Positions 1 through 14,400 are shown, numbered from the stretch's first letter. The stretch: 64,000 bases of DNA from Azolla caroliniana (GCA_043228905.1 JBHGNT010000018.1:10540001-10604000); one strand, 5' to 3'. The notes: generated from the sequence alone by a model not told the origin. Numbers and translations: made by a program.

Positions 1-239
1 CGGAGCCCATCACTCGCCGGCTTGCCGGTTGTAACACCTTGATTTATATATACATAAACATTCGTTCTGTCTCCATCTCACGTTCTGTAGCTAGTTGCAA
101 TTCCTGTGATTCTGTGGGTCTGTGCGCATGTGAATTACATCGTTAGAGTCCTTCCCCTCCCCTCATTCGGTTATTTCTCGGTCCGAGGCCCTGGTGGTCC
201 CGCCTCGTTCTCCACGCACACACGACGAACAACGCGACA
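1..239 (+). mobile_element. 3' end of an LTR of the TGTCG...CGACA (G5/N-like) gypsy lineage, abutting copia CA sequence
   Basis: Ends ...aacgcgaca at 239. Its reverse complement (tgtcgcg...gaggcgggaccaccagggcctcggaccgagaaataacc) resembles the G5 LTR terminus at 44940/51317. Confidence 0.6.
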
Positions 240-2372
240 TGTGAAAATCCCCGGCATTGAAAGAGCAATGAAAGATGCAAATCAGAAACTGAGAAGATTA
301 GATAGAGAGAAAAAAACCGTTCAAAGATATGGTTATGATACATACATGGTGATGCATTATGCATATATGTGTAAAGTGGTACAAATCCTTGATCTTAATA
401 GTTTTGAAGAACCAAAAGCTGAGAAGAAATTGTTGAATGCAATGCAAGAAGAAATAGATGCATTGGTTGAAAATAAAACATGGGATTTGGTAAAATTGCC
501 AAAAGGAGAAAATGTTGTGGGTTGCAAATGGGTATACAAAACAAAGCACGATTCCAATGAGAATGTAATGAGAATGTAAGTTAACATAAAACAAGTCTTG
601 TTGCAAAAGGATATACTCAAACGCAAGGAATTGATTATGATGAAACATTTGCAATGGTTGCAAAAATGGTAACCTTGAGGACACTACTTGTTGTAAGTGC
701 AGCCAAAAGAAGGTTTATGCACCATATGGATGTAAAAAATGCTTTTCTACATGGCAACTTAGAAGAGGAATTATACATGTGTCAACCACCAAGGTTTGAA
801 GGTAAGAAGCATCCAGAATATGTTTGTAAGCTGAAACTATGGACTGAAACAAGCACCTAGATCATGGCACAAGAAACTTTCAGAATCTCTAATAAAAATT
901 GCTTTCAAGATGTCAAAGGCTGATCCAACATTGTATGTAACGAAGATGAATGATTGCATTGTTGTTATTTTGATATATGTTGATGATTTAATCATCAGAG
1001 GTGACTCTATGGCTGAAATAAGCAAGTTGAAGAAAAATCTGGAAATGCAATTTCATATGAAGGATTTGAGAGAGCAGAAATACTTTCTTGGCATTGAGGT
1101 AATCATATTTGAAAGTGGAATATATTGATGCAAAAATAGTATGTTACAACTATGCTGAAGAAATATGGAATATTTGGATGCAATCCTATTCATGTACCAT
1201 TGGATAAAAACCGCAAATTGAGGGCTAACTTGGGAGCAAAAATAGCTAATGTGAATATGTATAGATCTATGGTGGGCAGCCTCATATATTTGACTATAAC
1301 ATGACCTGATCTAAGTTATGCAGTTGGATTAGTCAGCTAGTTTATGCAACAACCAACAAAGCCGCATTTGGATTGCATTAGAAGATTTTTGAGGTATGTA
1401 AAAGCTACTCAAAACTATGAACTGTTTTTACAGGGTTGGTCTGGACATAGAGCTAGAAGGATTTACAAATACAAATTGGGCTGGAAGTCAAATTGATAGA
1501 AGATCCACGAGTGGATATATGTTTACATTGGGAAATGCAAATATTACATGGAGTAGCAAGAAACAAGCTATTGTTGCACTATCAAGTATTGAAGCTAAAT
1601 ATTGAGGAGCTGCAATAGCTACATGTGAAGAAGTATGGATTATAAGATTGCTTGCTGATTTGGCAGAGTACATAAATGGTGCAATCACAATTTGGTGTGA
1701 CAATATGAGCAATATTCAACTCGCAAAAAAACTAGTGTTTCATGCAAGACCAAAGCACATTGAAGTGCATTATCACTTTGTTAGAGAAAAAGTGATTGAT
1801 GGGGAAATATACCTGCAATATGTGAGTACAAATTAGCAAGTACAAACATTCTTACAATGAGACTAAGCATAGAAAAACATACATAGTTTTAAGGACATGT
1901 TGGGAGTTATAAGCATATTGATATGATAGCTAGAAAGCATGAAGAAAAAAAGATTGAAGATGATCACAAGAATGGAAAAGTTGAGCTTAAGGGGGAGTGT
2001 TGAGAAACAAGCTCAACAAATGCAATGTGTTGACTATCAGTAACTGAGATCTTCCATAGTAGCTATTAGGAAATTAGCTACTGTAATGATGATGTTAGAC
2101 AATATAGGTAAAATAGCTATTCATAGCTATTTAGCTATTCACAGCTAAATAGTTGAATATGTAAGTCGCTAACAATACTTAGGTAAAAAAGAGAGTGAGA
2201 GGAAAATATAGAGATAGACGAGAGAGTTTTTTTTAAGTAATGAAATAGAAGGTTTTTGGGCTACTATAGAGGTGAGTCTCCTTCCCCCCATCCTTCTCTC
2301 TTGAACCCTAAACAATCCTACCCATCACATGTCCATTGTTGCACAAAGAATAACCGTAGCGCATTCTTAACA
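240..2372 (+). mobile_element. Copia element CA, 3' half (degenerate RT-RNase H, PPT, 3' LTR 1998-2372); same family as C1
   Basis: Fragmented ORFs with GCKWVYKTK, MDVKNAFLHG, YVDDLI, RRSTSGY and KHIEVHYHFVRE. PPT aagggggag precedes LTR tgttgagaaacaagctc...cttaaca, which is homologous to 22192-22598. Confidence 0.9.
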
Positions 2373-2473
2373 TCCGGCATGTATCTGAGCTCAAGCAGAG
2401 TTTGGTCTCCATCGGCATGTTAGCCGAAGCCAGGGACAGGATGGCGCTCAATGAGTCGTCATGGCTGATCAAC
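2373..2473 (+). pseudogene. Short copia pol fragment (post-protease region) flanking CA
   Basis: Translates RHVSELKQSLVSIGMLAE, similar to the copia RHVPELxxNLISxG motif. Confidence 0.5.
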
Positions 2474-3440
2474 TGTAAAGAATCGGGTATGATTCTTGTG
2501 TAGCAGAAGAGATGTGTGTTATGTGTATGTTTGAGAGGAATTAGAGGAGAGAAGAGAGAACACAAGATAGATAGAGAAAGGAATACTCAAGAAGAAGATG
2601 TATATTCACAAGTAAAGTAAGAGATACAAAAATGTAGCATTACAAGGAGTCATTACCGACTTAGTATGAAGTAGGAGAAGGGTGCTTTATATATAGTCAC
2701 CCTCTCTCTTCATTAACTAACTACAACAACCACTCTCTCTTGGGTAATGTGAAGACTCATATGAAGCGTAAGTGTATGCGGAAATGTATGAGGATCGGTC
2801 TCAGTCCGTACTTAGAAAACAACACAGAAAGAGAAACAAAGATATACACAGATTGAAGCTTTAATGGAAGCTCTATTACGTTCTCTGTCTCACTCTCTTA
2901 GAGACTCGATATCTGATATATGGTCAAGAAGATTATTCTTTACAACCTTAGGTTATTGCTTATATACTAAGCCCTAACTATGTGGAGGAGTTCACACTAG
3001 GATACAAAGTTGGAAGGAGTCAGCCTTTTATGCCAACAAACTCCCCCGTAAAAGGACTACTCTTTCTTGCATATACAAATGTTTGGGGTTATCTCCCCCG
3101 TAAATCTAGATTACAAGATTATCCTAAATTTACATTACAAGTCAGTTGGCATGCGGCTGAGTCGGCAAAGGTATAATAAGTGTAGATATAGTTGTTCCGA
3201 TTAGGTCTTACCTACTATCCCCCGCTCGGCTTTCTTCTGCTTGGTCACTTGTTGTAGTTCCATCTTCGTCCTTAGTGCTCCGAAGCGTAGATCTGGGAGT
3301 GGCTTCATTAGGAAATCAACAATGTTCACCTCGGTGTCGATTTTCCGGACTTCGAGCTTCTTCTCGGTTACGAGCTCCCGGATGTGATGATACGGCACCT
3401 CAATATGCTTCGTCTTTGCGTGGTAGACGGGATTGTTGCA
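2474..3440 (-). mobile_element. Minus-strand copia remnant: RNase H C-terminus (3201-3440), PPT and LTR sequence (~2474-3038, possibly two LTR pieces)
   Basis: KHIEVPYHHIRELVTEKKLEVRKIDTEVNIVDFLMKPL. On the minus strand the PPT gggggagtt is followed by tgttggca at 3038. Confidence 0.7.
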
Positions 3441-3499
3441 TATCTATGTATGTTGTTTGTTGTGCATAACTGACAGGTCCTCATACATACTTCCACACA

Positions 3500-5352
3500 T
3501 ATTCGAACACCATATCTCACAAATACACCATGTAACTTTTGGATTAGGGCTCGACGTTCGTATATGGAACTTCAACTAGGAGAGGCCGCCTTTGAAAGTT
3601 AGAAGCAAATCCTCTTGGATCCTGGCCGTCTAAGACCAATGGCATTTCATGCTATAGAAACACCTGGAGATTCAAGTCTTCTTGACTCCATTCGGGAGCA
3701 TATTAAGACTGATGAATTCGCCCAAGACATTTTGAACCATATTATCTTAGATCATGCTTCTTGCTCACAATGTCCAAATCCTCGTCAAGACTACAACTAA
3801 TACAGTTGGCATGATGGTTTACTTTTTCGACAAAATCTATTGTATGTGCCTGATGGTCCTCGACTCCAAGTCTTGCAACAATGTCATGACACACCAATGG
3901 TTGGACATTTCGGCATCCACAAGACATTCACATTAATTTCTCGAAGATATTGGTGGTCACGGCTTCGCCATTTTGTTAAGGATTATGTTCGTAGTTGTGA
4001 TACATGTTACCGATAAAAAAAACCCCCACAATCATCCATATGGATTATTACAATCATTCCCTATTTCTGAGAGCCCATGGAAATCTATTTCATTGGACTT
4101 CATTACGGATCTACCACCTTCAAAGGGTTTTTTATTCTATTCTCACGGGGTCTTCCAAATGATATTACTAGTGATCGAGGTCCCTAGTTCATCTCAAAAT
4201 TTTGGAGGAACATGTTCAAACTCTTACATGCTTCTTGCAACCTCTCTTCCAACTACCATCCAGAAACTAACGGGAAAAGTGAGCGCACCAACTAGACATT
4301 GGAGCAATATCTTCATTGTTTTATCAACTATCAACAAGATGATTGGGTCAATGTCCTACATTTGGTGGAATTTGCTTACAACAACTTAGAACATTCTTCT
4401 ATTGGATATTCACCATTATTCGCGAACATTGGGCATCATCCTCGTTGTGTTGAGATCGAAGCCGGCCACAACCGGTTAACACACTAGCATATGCGGGAGC
4501 AAAGATTCAATTAACAAAAAAAACAAAAATATAGAGACAAGGTATTTTAACGTGGAAACCCCTAATAAGGAAAAACCACGGGGGTCCACAAACCTTGAAC
4601 TGTTCACTATATGAGAGGAATAACAAAGAACTCTCAGTCAACAACCTCGAGCTCGTCTTCTTCGCTTGAAGGCGGGTACGATAGAGATGCATCCGCACAC
4701 ACACACTCTCTCTCTCACAATGGCAGACCTTGTACAGTTACTCACAATGAACTACTACAACGTTTTTCCCTAGTTATATTTATACTGATATAACTTTGGG
4801 TCTATTTATAAATTTGGCCCAAATAGGCGAAGTAAGAACATCTTTACATATGTGTATCCTTTCCCAATCCCTATCCAGACTCAAACCGGACTCGAACGGA
4901 TCCGAGTCCGATCTTTCTTCTCCTTCGGATCCAACTGATCCGACTCGTGTTCTTCTTCCCAGAACTCCCGACAAACCTGAATGTTGAAGATTGATTCACC
5001 CGACTCCAAGAAATTCAGGCTATCCTTTCGCACAAATTATGTGATGCTCAAAACACTCACAAGAAGGTTGTCGATCATCATCGACATGATTCATCGACTA
5101 AGTTTCAAGTGGGAGATTGAGTATGGCTCTTACAAGATAACATTAAAACCACGAGACCTTGCTACAAATTGGATTATTAGCGTTTTGGCCCATATGTGTG
5201 TGATATTTGGTAAGATCAATCATGTGACATTTTGCCTTGATCTTCCTCCTTCTATGCGTCTTCACCCGGTCTTCCATGTTTCACTTTTGGAGACATACAC
5301 AATGAGCTCTATTCCAAGTCTGTTACATCTCCCCCACCTCCAATTGAAGTTT
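3500..5352 (+). pseudogene. pol: Chromovirus G0: degenerate RNase H end and integrase
   Basis: [42 protein letters not shown] and LPPSMRLHPVFHVSLL (GPY/F motif). The reading continues after the TSD at 57345. Confidence 0.85.
4448..4973 (-). mobile_element. Solo copia LTR (related to the 57761-58321 and C3 LTRs)
   Basis: TG...CA ends. Its terminus (rc ttgtggccggcttcgatctcaaca) matches 57761-58321. Shares the cgtggtttttc...ggtttccacgtt motif. No TSD seen. Confidence 0.75.
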
Positions 5353-5454
5353 TGTCAGGGATAGTACTAGAGGCAAAGAGAATTAGTACTAAAGATAGTG
5401 GAGAAGAATGAGGATTAGTACTAAGAAGGGAAGGAGTGTGTGAGAATCACTAGA

Positions 5455-5456
5455 GG

Positions 5457-5549
<93 letters not shown>

Positions 5550-5561
5550 AGTAGAGAGAGA
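5455..5561. repeat. (GA)n microsatellite within the G1 3' LTR
   Basis: About 100 bp of GA dinucleotide; the matching tract in the 5' LTR (~56880) is shorter. Confidence 0.95.
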
Positions 5562-5619
5562 GAATGATGACAACAAGAAGTATATTATATTATATGAAGA
5601 AAGATACAAGAACAACTAG

Positions 5620-6620
5620 ATGTATCCGTAGATGTGGAGGTAGATCAAGGCAAAAAGTAACATCATTAACTTTTCTGTTAATACGGAAAGGGCCTAACCA
5701 TCGATAATCCAATTTGTCACACAGTTGAGTAGTCTTGATGTGCCGTCATAATAACTATACTCGATCTCCAATATTAAAACAGGATGGAAGTCGATGACGA
5801 CCAACATAGTCCTTCTATGTTTGCTAGGTGCGATGTAGGTGGGTAGATATTTCTGCTTGAATTTGTCGTAACCACTCCAAATGATCCTATGCACTAGGAT
5901 TTGTAGGTAACTCGGGAGTTTCTATCACACACCAACGAGGATGATAGCCGATATAAACGTAGAATGGTGTAACCCTAGTAGAGGAGTGGATAGAATTATT
6001 ATAAGCAAATTCAGCAAAGTGTAGAGTATCTACCCAATCATCTTGTTGATAGCTTATGAAACACCGAAGATATTGTTCCAACATTTGATTGGTACGTTGT
6101 ACTTGTCCATATGTTTGGGGATGATAGTTGGGGGAGGGATTGTAGGTGACCTTGAGCATTTTAAAGAGATGCTTCCAAAATTTAGAGATGAATTGCGGTC
6201 CACGATCACTGATGATATTGTTAGGAAGACCATGATGCCAAAATACCTCATGCATAACAATTCTAGTGGTTTCTTCACTAGTGATTTCTTTAGTACAAGG
6301 CACGAAATGTGCCATCTTAGTATATTGATCTACCATTGTTAAGATTGCATTGAAGCTCCTCGAGTCCGGAAGATTTGTGATAAAATCGAGAGAAATAGGT
6401 TGCCATGGTTTGCTTGGGATCGGTAATGACTCCAACAAACCATATGGATGATGTTCGACATCTTCGCTCTACAACATGTATTACATGTCCGAACATAGTC
6501 TTCGATGAAGCTTCTCATATGAGGCCATCAAAATTATCGTTGTACTAAATCCAACGTTTTAGTACTACCAAAACGTTCGCCTGTGTATGTGTCATGACAA
6601 TTTTGTACTATTTGAAGGCA
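5620..6620 (-). pseudogene. pol: G1 integrase
   Basis: ORF 5887-6438: PWQPISLDFITNLP, IISDRGPQF, YHPQTYGQ, EFAYNNS. Confidence 0.85.
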
Positions 6621-7171
6621 ACACGTGTTGAGAAGCAAGCTCAACAAAGCTATGTGATGCTTATTCAGAAATAAGCTATAGTAGCTATTACCTAATTAGC
6701 TACTTGTTGAGAGACAAGCTCAACATCGGCCGGTTCGGCTGAAGAAGCCGAGGACCGGATCGGTTGGGACCAATCGGCTAGGCCGAGTGCGTAAACCGGG
6801 AGGTCGTTAGGAAAGATATTCCGTAAGGAATATATTTGGGAGTTAGTGTAGGAGCTCTTGATGAGCATTGAAGTACTGTTAGTACTTCGGTCACTCCTTC
6901 TAGGGCTTGTATAAAAGTGTTCACTGAGCACGTCTTATGTACAGACTGAGTATTATTGTTGAATATAGTTTTTTGTGTCTTCTCTCTCACTCTCTCTGTC
7001 TCTCCCGCGTATACCGTGTAAGCTCAAGCTCTCCATTAAACCTGAGTTTCCTTCCTTCTGTTCGGTCTTCATACTTGCTTCCACACGTTACTTTTTACAT
7101 GGTATCAGAGCGCGAGGGTTGAGAACCTCTCTGCAGCCGACACAGCTTGACGAAGAAGAACGAGAAGAACG

Positions 7172-10100
7172 ATGGATAGAGGCATGGCGAGCTCGCTTCC
7201 AACAGAGAAGCTTGACAGAACCAACTACGCGTCTTGGTCCTACAAGATGCACCAGTACCTGCTCAGGCACGGCTACTGGAGTTATGTCGAAGGAGCTAAT
7301 GACGCGGCACCTGAATCGACACACAGAGACTTCCCGTCGTGGGAGCAATCGGCGAGCAGGGTACTGTACTGCTTCGCGTCGTGTGTGGGCGAACAACTAT
7401 TGAGCTATGTTCGGGATGCAAAGACGCCGAAGGGTGCGTGGGAAAATCTGAAGAAGATTTTTGCCGTGAGCACCACAGCCAGGAAGCTTCAGCTCCGACA
7501 GGAGTTGGGCAACCTACGACAACGCGACTTGTCGGTGGCGGACTATACCTCGAAGATCAAGGATATCTGCGACTCCCTCACCTCCATAGATGTGAACATC
7601 GAGGAGAGCGAGATGGTCCAGATCTGTCTCGGAGGTTTGGCGTTGAAGTTCGGAGCGTTCCGAACGGCTGTGTGTACCCGGGAGAATACGCCGTCCTTTT
7701 TCGACTTACAGTCAATGCTCCTGGTAGAGGAGAACCACGCAGGTGCGTCGACGAGCACGCACACCGACAACAAGATGTTGTACACGGAGGGAGAAAGGCC
7801 CCGTGGTTGTGGCAGACGAGGCGAGTCGGTACGCAATGGAAGCGGCCGACGAGATCAAGGAAGATGGCATCGAAGTGATGCCGACAGCAACTCCGGACCC
7901 TCCGGAAACAAGGGGAGTCGAAGCGATGAGAACCGGCAAGGGAAGGCCATCGCTGAGTGCTGATATTGTGGCAAGAAAGGCCACAGGGAAAGTGAGTGTT
8001 GGAAGAAGCACGCCGATTCGGAGAGAACCGGTTCCGGAAATGGCTCCGGACATACCGACAAGGGAAATCGGCAGTGATCACACTACGCCCAAGACTCTGG
8101 GAGAGTCGGAGAAGGGTCTGTCTTTGTGACGAGACACGAAGCAAACTCAATGAAACAGAGCACCCCGAGATCGGATGAGGTGTGGTACGTAGACTCCGGC
8201 ACGTCAAACCACATGACGAGCCATAAGGAGTGGTTCTCGTACCTTGAAAAACCGATAGAACCTGGAGTAGTCGCAACAGGAGACGACACTCCGCATCTGA
8301 TCGCGAATGTCGGAGAAGTTCCCCTTAGCCATGTCGGGTAGAAAGGGAAACTCATGAACGTGTTGCACGTCCCGACAATCACGAAAAACTTGGTCTCGGT
8401 CGGACAGATCGTCGACCAAGGGATGGAGGTTCGGTTTACACACCTCGGGTGCTTCATTGAGGAAGAAGGCCGTGTGATTGCGCAAGGGCGCAGAGACGGG
8501 AGGATGTTCATCCTCAACTCCACTGACGGCGGCACCGCAATGTTCGCGAAGGGACAAAAGAACGAGTCGGACATCGACTTGTGGCACAAGCAGATAGGCC
8601 ACGTCAACCCCCAATGGCTTCAAGATCTGCAATCGAAACAGGTAGTGTTCGGATTGCCCAAATTTAGTGGCCGAAAGGCACAAATTTGTGAAGCTTGCCA
8701 GCTCGAGAAGCAACACCGACTTCCTTTCCCCAACGAGCGAAACCGGAGCCGGAACAAGCTCGACCTTATACACTCCGATGTATGGGGACCGGCACAAAAC
8801 GTTAGTCTTGGCGGGAGCCGATATTTCGTCTCCTTCATCGACGACCACACGCGACACACGTGGATCTACCTCATTGAGAGGAAGAGCGAAGTCTTCGACT
8901 GTTTTCGGGACCTCAAAGGGTTCGTGGAAGCCAAAACGGGACAAAAGATCAAGTGCTTGCGGTCGGATGGCGGGAAAGAGTACTTTTCCGGTCAATTCAA
9001 CGGTTACCTACAACAAATGGGAATTTGCAGCGAATTCAGTTGTAGATACACGCCAGAGCAGAACGGCGTGGCCGAGAGAAAGAATTGGTCAGTTGTGGAA
9101 GCGGCACGGGTAATGCTGGAGGAGAAGAGCTTGCTCAAGTTCTACTGGGCCGAGGCGGTAAGGACCGCGGTATACATCCAGAACCAGATTGGAGACAAAG
9201 TGTCGGCGCACGATTTCGGAACGAAGCCGAACTTGCGACACTTGAGGGTGTTTGGTAGCATTGCGTATGTGCATATACCGAAGGAGAAAAGGAGGAAGCT
9301 GGACGCAAAGGCCGAGAAATGCATCTTGGTCGGTTACTCGGACGAGCAGAAGGGTTATAAGTGTTATAACCCTCGCACCAAACAAGTGCGTGTCAGCCGC
9401 GACGTTGTGTTTGACGAGTCCGCGTCCTGGTACCTGCCCCCGACTACAAACCTCGACTCCAATCCGAGCTCTGACGATGAGGTCAACGAGGCCAAGATGC
9501 CTCCGGATGAGCCCAAAATCGAGACCCGCGAAGAGAGTCCGATTTCGCTTCGTTTAAGTGGACCGATTGGACAACTCAGTCGGTACGACCAGTCCAATGA
9601 AGAGCCGGCGAGTAGTGGAGACTCGGCCGTGCATTCCCCGCGCAGGAGGCCGAGGAGACGGCTTACGCGCAAAGAGAAAGGGAAGAAGAAGGTGTCGGAT
9701 TCCGGCACAGAAAGGAACGAGTCAGACCGACGCGAATCCGACTCCGAGGAAACCGTTGACAGGTCTTTAAAGAGGAAGACCGCGTCGACTGAGAAGGCCT
9801 CGACATCGGCTAATGTGAGATTACGCCGATCTACCCGCCAAAAGAACCCAATTGTGCGGTTCGGTTACAACGAGTACATGGCGCATCATTATGCGTACAT
9901 GACCCGTGTAGCGGAAGTGCGTGAGCCAGAGAGCTACGCAGAAGCGGCAAAGGACGCGAATTGGCGCGCCGCGATGGAGGAAGAGATGCACGCATTGGCG
10001 GAGAACGAGACTTGGGACCTGGTTGACGCACCGAAGGGTGTGAAGCCGATCGGGTGTAGATGGGTGTACAAAGTCAAGTACAACACCGATGGCTCGGTCA

Positions 10101-10612
10101 ACCGGTACAAGGCTCAGCTAGTGGCAAAGGGCTACGCGCAGAAACACAGCATCGACTATGATGAGACGTTTGCGCCGGTCGCGAAAATGACGACCATTCG
10201 TGTTTTGCTCGTAGTAGCCGCAGCCAAGGGGTGGCACCTACATCAGATGGATGTAAAGAATGCGTTCCTGCAAGGTGACCTTGAGGAACAGGTATACATG
10301 GTACAACCCCCCGGATTTCACTCTGGAACGAACTCCTCGGCAATATGCCGACTGAAGAAGTCCCTTTACGGACTGAAGCAAGCCCCGCGTGCCTGGAACG
10401 CGAAGATCACGCAACAACTGCGTCGGTTGGGCTTCGTCACGTCAAAATCGGACTCTTCCTTGTTCATCCGGAAAGGTCGACTCGGACCGGTTAGTATTTT
10501 ACTGTATGTTGATGACTTGGTCATCACCGGCGCCGACCTAGGTGAAATCGACCACGTGAAGCTCCAGCTTGCGGCATCGTTCGACATGAAGGATCTGGGG
10601 GACCTTCATTAC
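7172..10612 (+). pseudogene. gag-pol: C2 gag-PR-INT-RT (5' part) with premature stops
   Basis: UBN2-type gag, broken CCHC knuckle, WYVDSGTSNHM, LWHK...GH, SDVWGP, LRSDGGKEY, YVDDLV. Stops near 7961, 8075 and 8339. Confidence 0.92.
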
Positions 10613-10680
10613 TGTTGGGATTACGGTCCCTCCGGATGGGATGTCCGGAGATGAATGACGGCAAGCCCGGAGACCGTTAC

Positions 10681-10928
10681 GGAGCCGGATGATGAAGAGT
10701 ACCCGGCTACGGAGCCGGATGATAAAGAGTACCCGGCTACGGAGCCGGATGATGAAGAGTACCCGGCTACGGAGCCGGATGATGAAGACCCCGGCTACGG
10801 AGCCGGATGATGAAGAGTACCCGGCTACGGAGCCGGATGATGAAGAGTACCCGGCTACGGAGCCGGATGATGAAGACCCCGGCTACGGAGCCGGATGATG
10901 AAGACCCCGGCTACGGAGCCGGATGATG
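10681..10928 (+). repeat. U3 tandem repeat, 8 units of 30/28 bp (ggagccggatgatgaagagtacccggctac)
   Basis: 5x30 bp + 3x28 bp units counted directly. Confidence 0.95.
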
Positions 10929-11448
10929 TATGTACCCGGAGCGAGATCCGGATGCGGGGACATATTTGTGAATATGTTTGCCAAGGGCCCGTGAGGCTAT
11001 ATTTGTAAATAGCCCGAAAGTCATATGCGTATAAATATGACTTAGGGCAAACAGTTTTACTGTTGTTGTTGCTCATTTTCTGTTTTCACTTTAGAGGGAG
11101 CGAAGTGAGTGCAGCCGCGAGAGAAAGAGAGAAAGAGAGAGAGAGAAACAAAGAGGTCGACGCCTCTGTGTAATACCGCCGCCTGTGGCGAGGACAGCGA
11201 GCTCAAGGTCGTCGCCTTGCAGCTCGCCATTGTATATTCCAGTGTATAGTGGTAGTTGGAGTCGTGCACTCCCGTGGTTTTTCCCGTTTAGGGTTTTCCA
11301 CGTTATACCCTGTGTACTCGTCTCTCTGTGTCTTTGTTCTTTTTATTTCTGCTACATTGATCCGTGTTGTCTCGGTTGTGGCCGAGAGGCGAAAGATTTG
11401 ATAGCGTCAATTCTTTACCAAGTGGTATCAGAGCGATTGTTGCAGAAA

Positions 11449-14400
11449 ATGGAAGGCGGCGGCAGCGGGCAGCCGATGATGATGGTGCTGAATGCACAGA
11501 ATTACGCCGACTGGAAGATCAAGATGGAGGATCTTCTGATTGTTCGGGACCTGTACGAACCGATTGACAGGTCGGAAATACCGAAGGGGGTACTTGAGTT
11601 GGAGTGGAAGCTCCTGAACCGGAAAGCCGTAGCGACGATCCGACAATATGTCGACGTAAGCGTCCTACAACATGTGGCAAACGACACCAACGCATATGAG
11701 ATGTGGAAGAAGCTGTCGGGCCTCTACGAGAGGAAGAATGCGTTGAACCGGACCTCCCTGATGAGGAAGATAGTGAATCTCAAGTACCGGGACGGCGAGA
11801 GTATGGTGGAACACGTAAGCACGTTCATGGGATTCGTGAATCAGCTTGCGGCGATCAAGTTCCCGTTGGAGGATGCAATGCAAGCCATCATCCTGATGTG
11901 TACATTGCCGGATAGCTGGGAGAACTTGGTGGTGACTCTCAGCACCTCCTGCACCGAAGATAACTTGTCTCTACAAACGGTAAAGACAAGTATTTTGAAC
12001 GAAGAAGCGCGTCGGAGAGACAAAGAACCGGCCTCCGACTCGAAGGCGCTGCTTACCGAATCGGAACGGGGAAGACACTGGAACCGGAGTCCGCAAAGAC
12101 GGGAGAAGTCGGGGACCCGGTCGCAGTCAAGAGGAAGGCCCACGTGCTTCCACTGTGGGAAGCCGGGGCACTTCCGAAAGAATTGTCGGCATTACCGAAA
12201 AGACAACGGAGCCGACGACACCGATTCGAAGAAGTCACCGGAGAGAAACGGTGCATACCGGGGAGCCACGGACCGGAGAGGTTCGGATCGGCGAGGGCAG
12301 GACCGGAAAGGAACGACGGCACTCGCGGCAAGTGAGGAAGAAATTATGCTTATCACCGAAGAAGGTGAGCTAAACATTGCCGGCGATGAGACGACCTGGG
12401 TGGTCGATTCCGGAGCATCGTTCCACCTGACCCCGGAGAGAAGATACTTCTCATCCTACACAGCCGGTGAGCATGGCTGTGTTCGGATGGGTAACGAAGG
12501 TACGTGCCGAATTGCCGGCATAGGAGATGTGTGGTTGACAACCCCGACCGGATGCAAAATGCTGCTGAAGAATGTCCGACACGTTCCGGAGGTCCGACTG
12601 AACCTGATTTCGGCCGGGAGGCTAGATGATGAAGGCTACACGGGTAGCATCCGGAACGGTGTCATGAAGTTCAGCAAGGGGAGCCTGATAGTGGCTCGGG
12701 CCCGGAAGGTCAACACACTGTACCTGATGAATTCCCGGCTATGTCCGGAGGAGCTGAACGTGGCAGCCGACACTGCCGGTGAGCTGTGGCACAAGAGACT
12801 GTGCCACATGAGTGAGAAGGGGATGAAGAGGCTTGTAGAAGACAACCTCATTCCAGTGAAGCATGTGCACCTGGAGAAGTGCACCGATTGCCTGGCCGGT
12901 AAGCAGAACCGAACCTCCTTCCACTCAAGGCCACCGACGAGACGTAGCGCACCATTGGAGTTGGTGCACACTGATGTGTGTCAGGTAGAAACGAAGTCAC
13001 ATGGCGGAGCCCAGTACTTCGTGACATTCATAGATGACCATAGCCGGAAGCTGTGGACGGCGCCGTTGAAGACAAAGGACCAAGTGTTGTGCGTCTTCAA
13101 AGAACTCCACGCGAGAGTGGAAAGGGAATCCGGCAAGAAGCTGAAAGCGCTACGAGCGGATAACGGAGGGGAATACCGGGGGCAGTTCCAGGAGTACTGT
13201 CGCTCGAAGGGAATCCGGCTCGAGTTTACTGTGCCGAAGACGCCGGAACTGAACGGGCTGGCCGAGAGGATGAACCGGACCATAATGGAGAGGGTCCGGA
13301 GTATGCTGGCGCATGCGAAATTACCCAAGGGGTTTTGGGCTGAGGCAATGTCGACGGCGACATATGTGATAAACCGATCACCCTCAGTACCTTTGGACGG
13401 AGACACGCCGCAGAGAGTGTGGACCGGTAGGGAAGTATCCTACCGGCATCTGAAGGTGTTCGGGTGTCTCGCATACGTGCATGTGGCAAAGGACCGGAGA
13501 GGAAAGCTAGATCCAAAGACCCGGCCATGCATATTCCTCGGTTACGGCGACGACGAGTTCGGCTACCGAGTATGGGACCCGGTTGACAAGAAGATATTCC
13601 GGAGTCGTGATATCATCTTCATGGAGAACAAGACACTCGCCGACTGGGAGTCGGAGAAGAAGATGAAGAGCTCCAAGTCGACCGGTGAGGATCAACTCTA
13701 CGAGGAGCAGTCCCGACCGGCAAGGGACCGGTTAGCACTCGAGGATCCGGCCGAAGACGGTGAAGAAACAGAACCGGCCGAAGAAGATGAAAATGATACC
13801 GGAACCGGCCCCGATCCCGAAATGGATTCGGATGAAGAAGAAGAATCGGAAGAACCGGTTACCGAAGCTCCGGAACGGAGATATCCTCTAAGAGAGAGAA
13901 GGGCCCCCCGGAGATTTCCGGAACCAGAGCATGTGCTGCTAACCGACGAGGGGGAGCCGGAGAGCCTTGAAGAAGCAAAGCATGACACCCAGAGCCGCAG
14001 GTGGTTGAGTGCCATGCAGGACGAGATGGATTCCCTGCATGAGAACCACACATATGAACTTGTGGAGTTGCCGAAAGGAAAACGGGCACTCCGTAACAAG
14101 TGGGTGTTCAAGCTGAAACCGGGAGATGCCGGAAACCCCCCGAGATACAAAGCCAGGATCGTGGTGAAGGGGTTTCAGCAGAAGAAGGGCGTCGACTTCG
14201 ACGAGATATTTGCCCCGGTAGTGAAGATGACCTCCATCCGGACGGTGCTGAGCATAGCGGCAAGCATGGACCTCGAGGTAGAACAGATGGACGTGAAGAC
14301 GGCATTCCTTCACGGTGACCTCGAAGAAGAGATCTACATGCAGCAACCGGAAGGATTCGAGAAGAAAGGGAAGGAGCACCTGGTATGCCGGTTGAAGAAG

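Noticed and set aside
10689-10898. Repeat peptides (ATEPDDEEYP)n
   Set aside because: These are translations of the U3 tandem repeat, and the 28-bp units break the frame.
11185-11448. N-terminal 88 aa of the 1446-aa ORF (and of ORF 16050-17666)
   Set aside because: This is LTR sequence that happens to be in frame. The likely start is the ATG at 11449 after the PBS, and the 16050 ORF is an LTR/C2-pol chimera.
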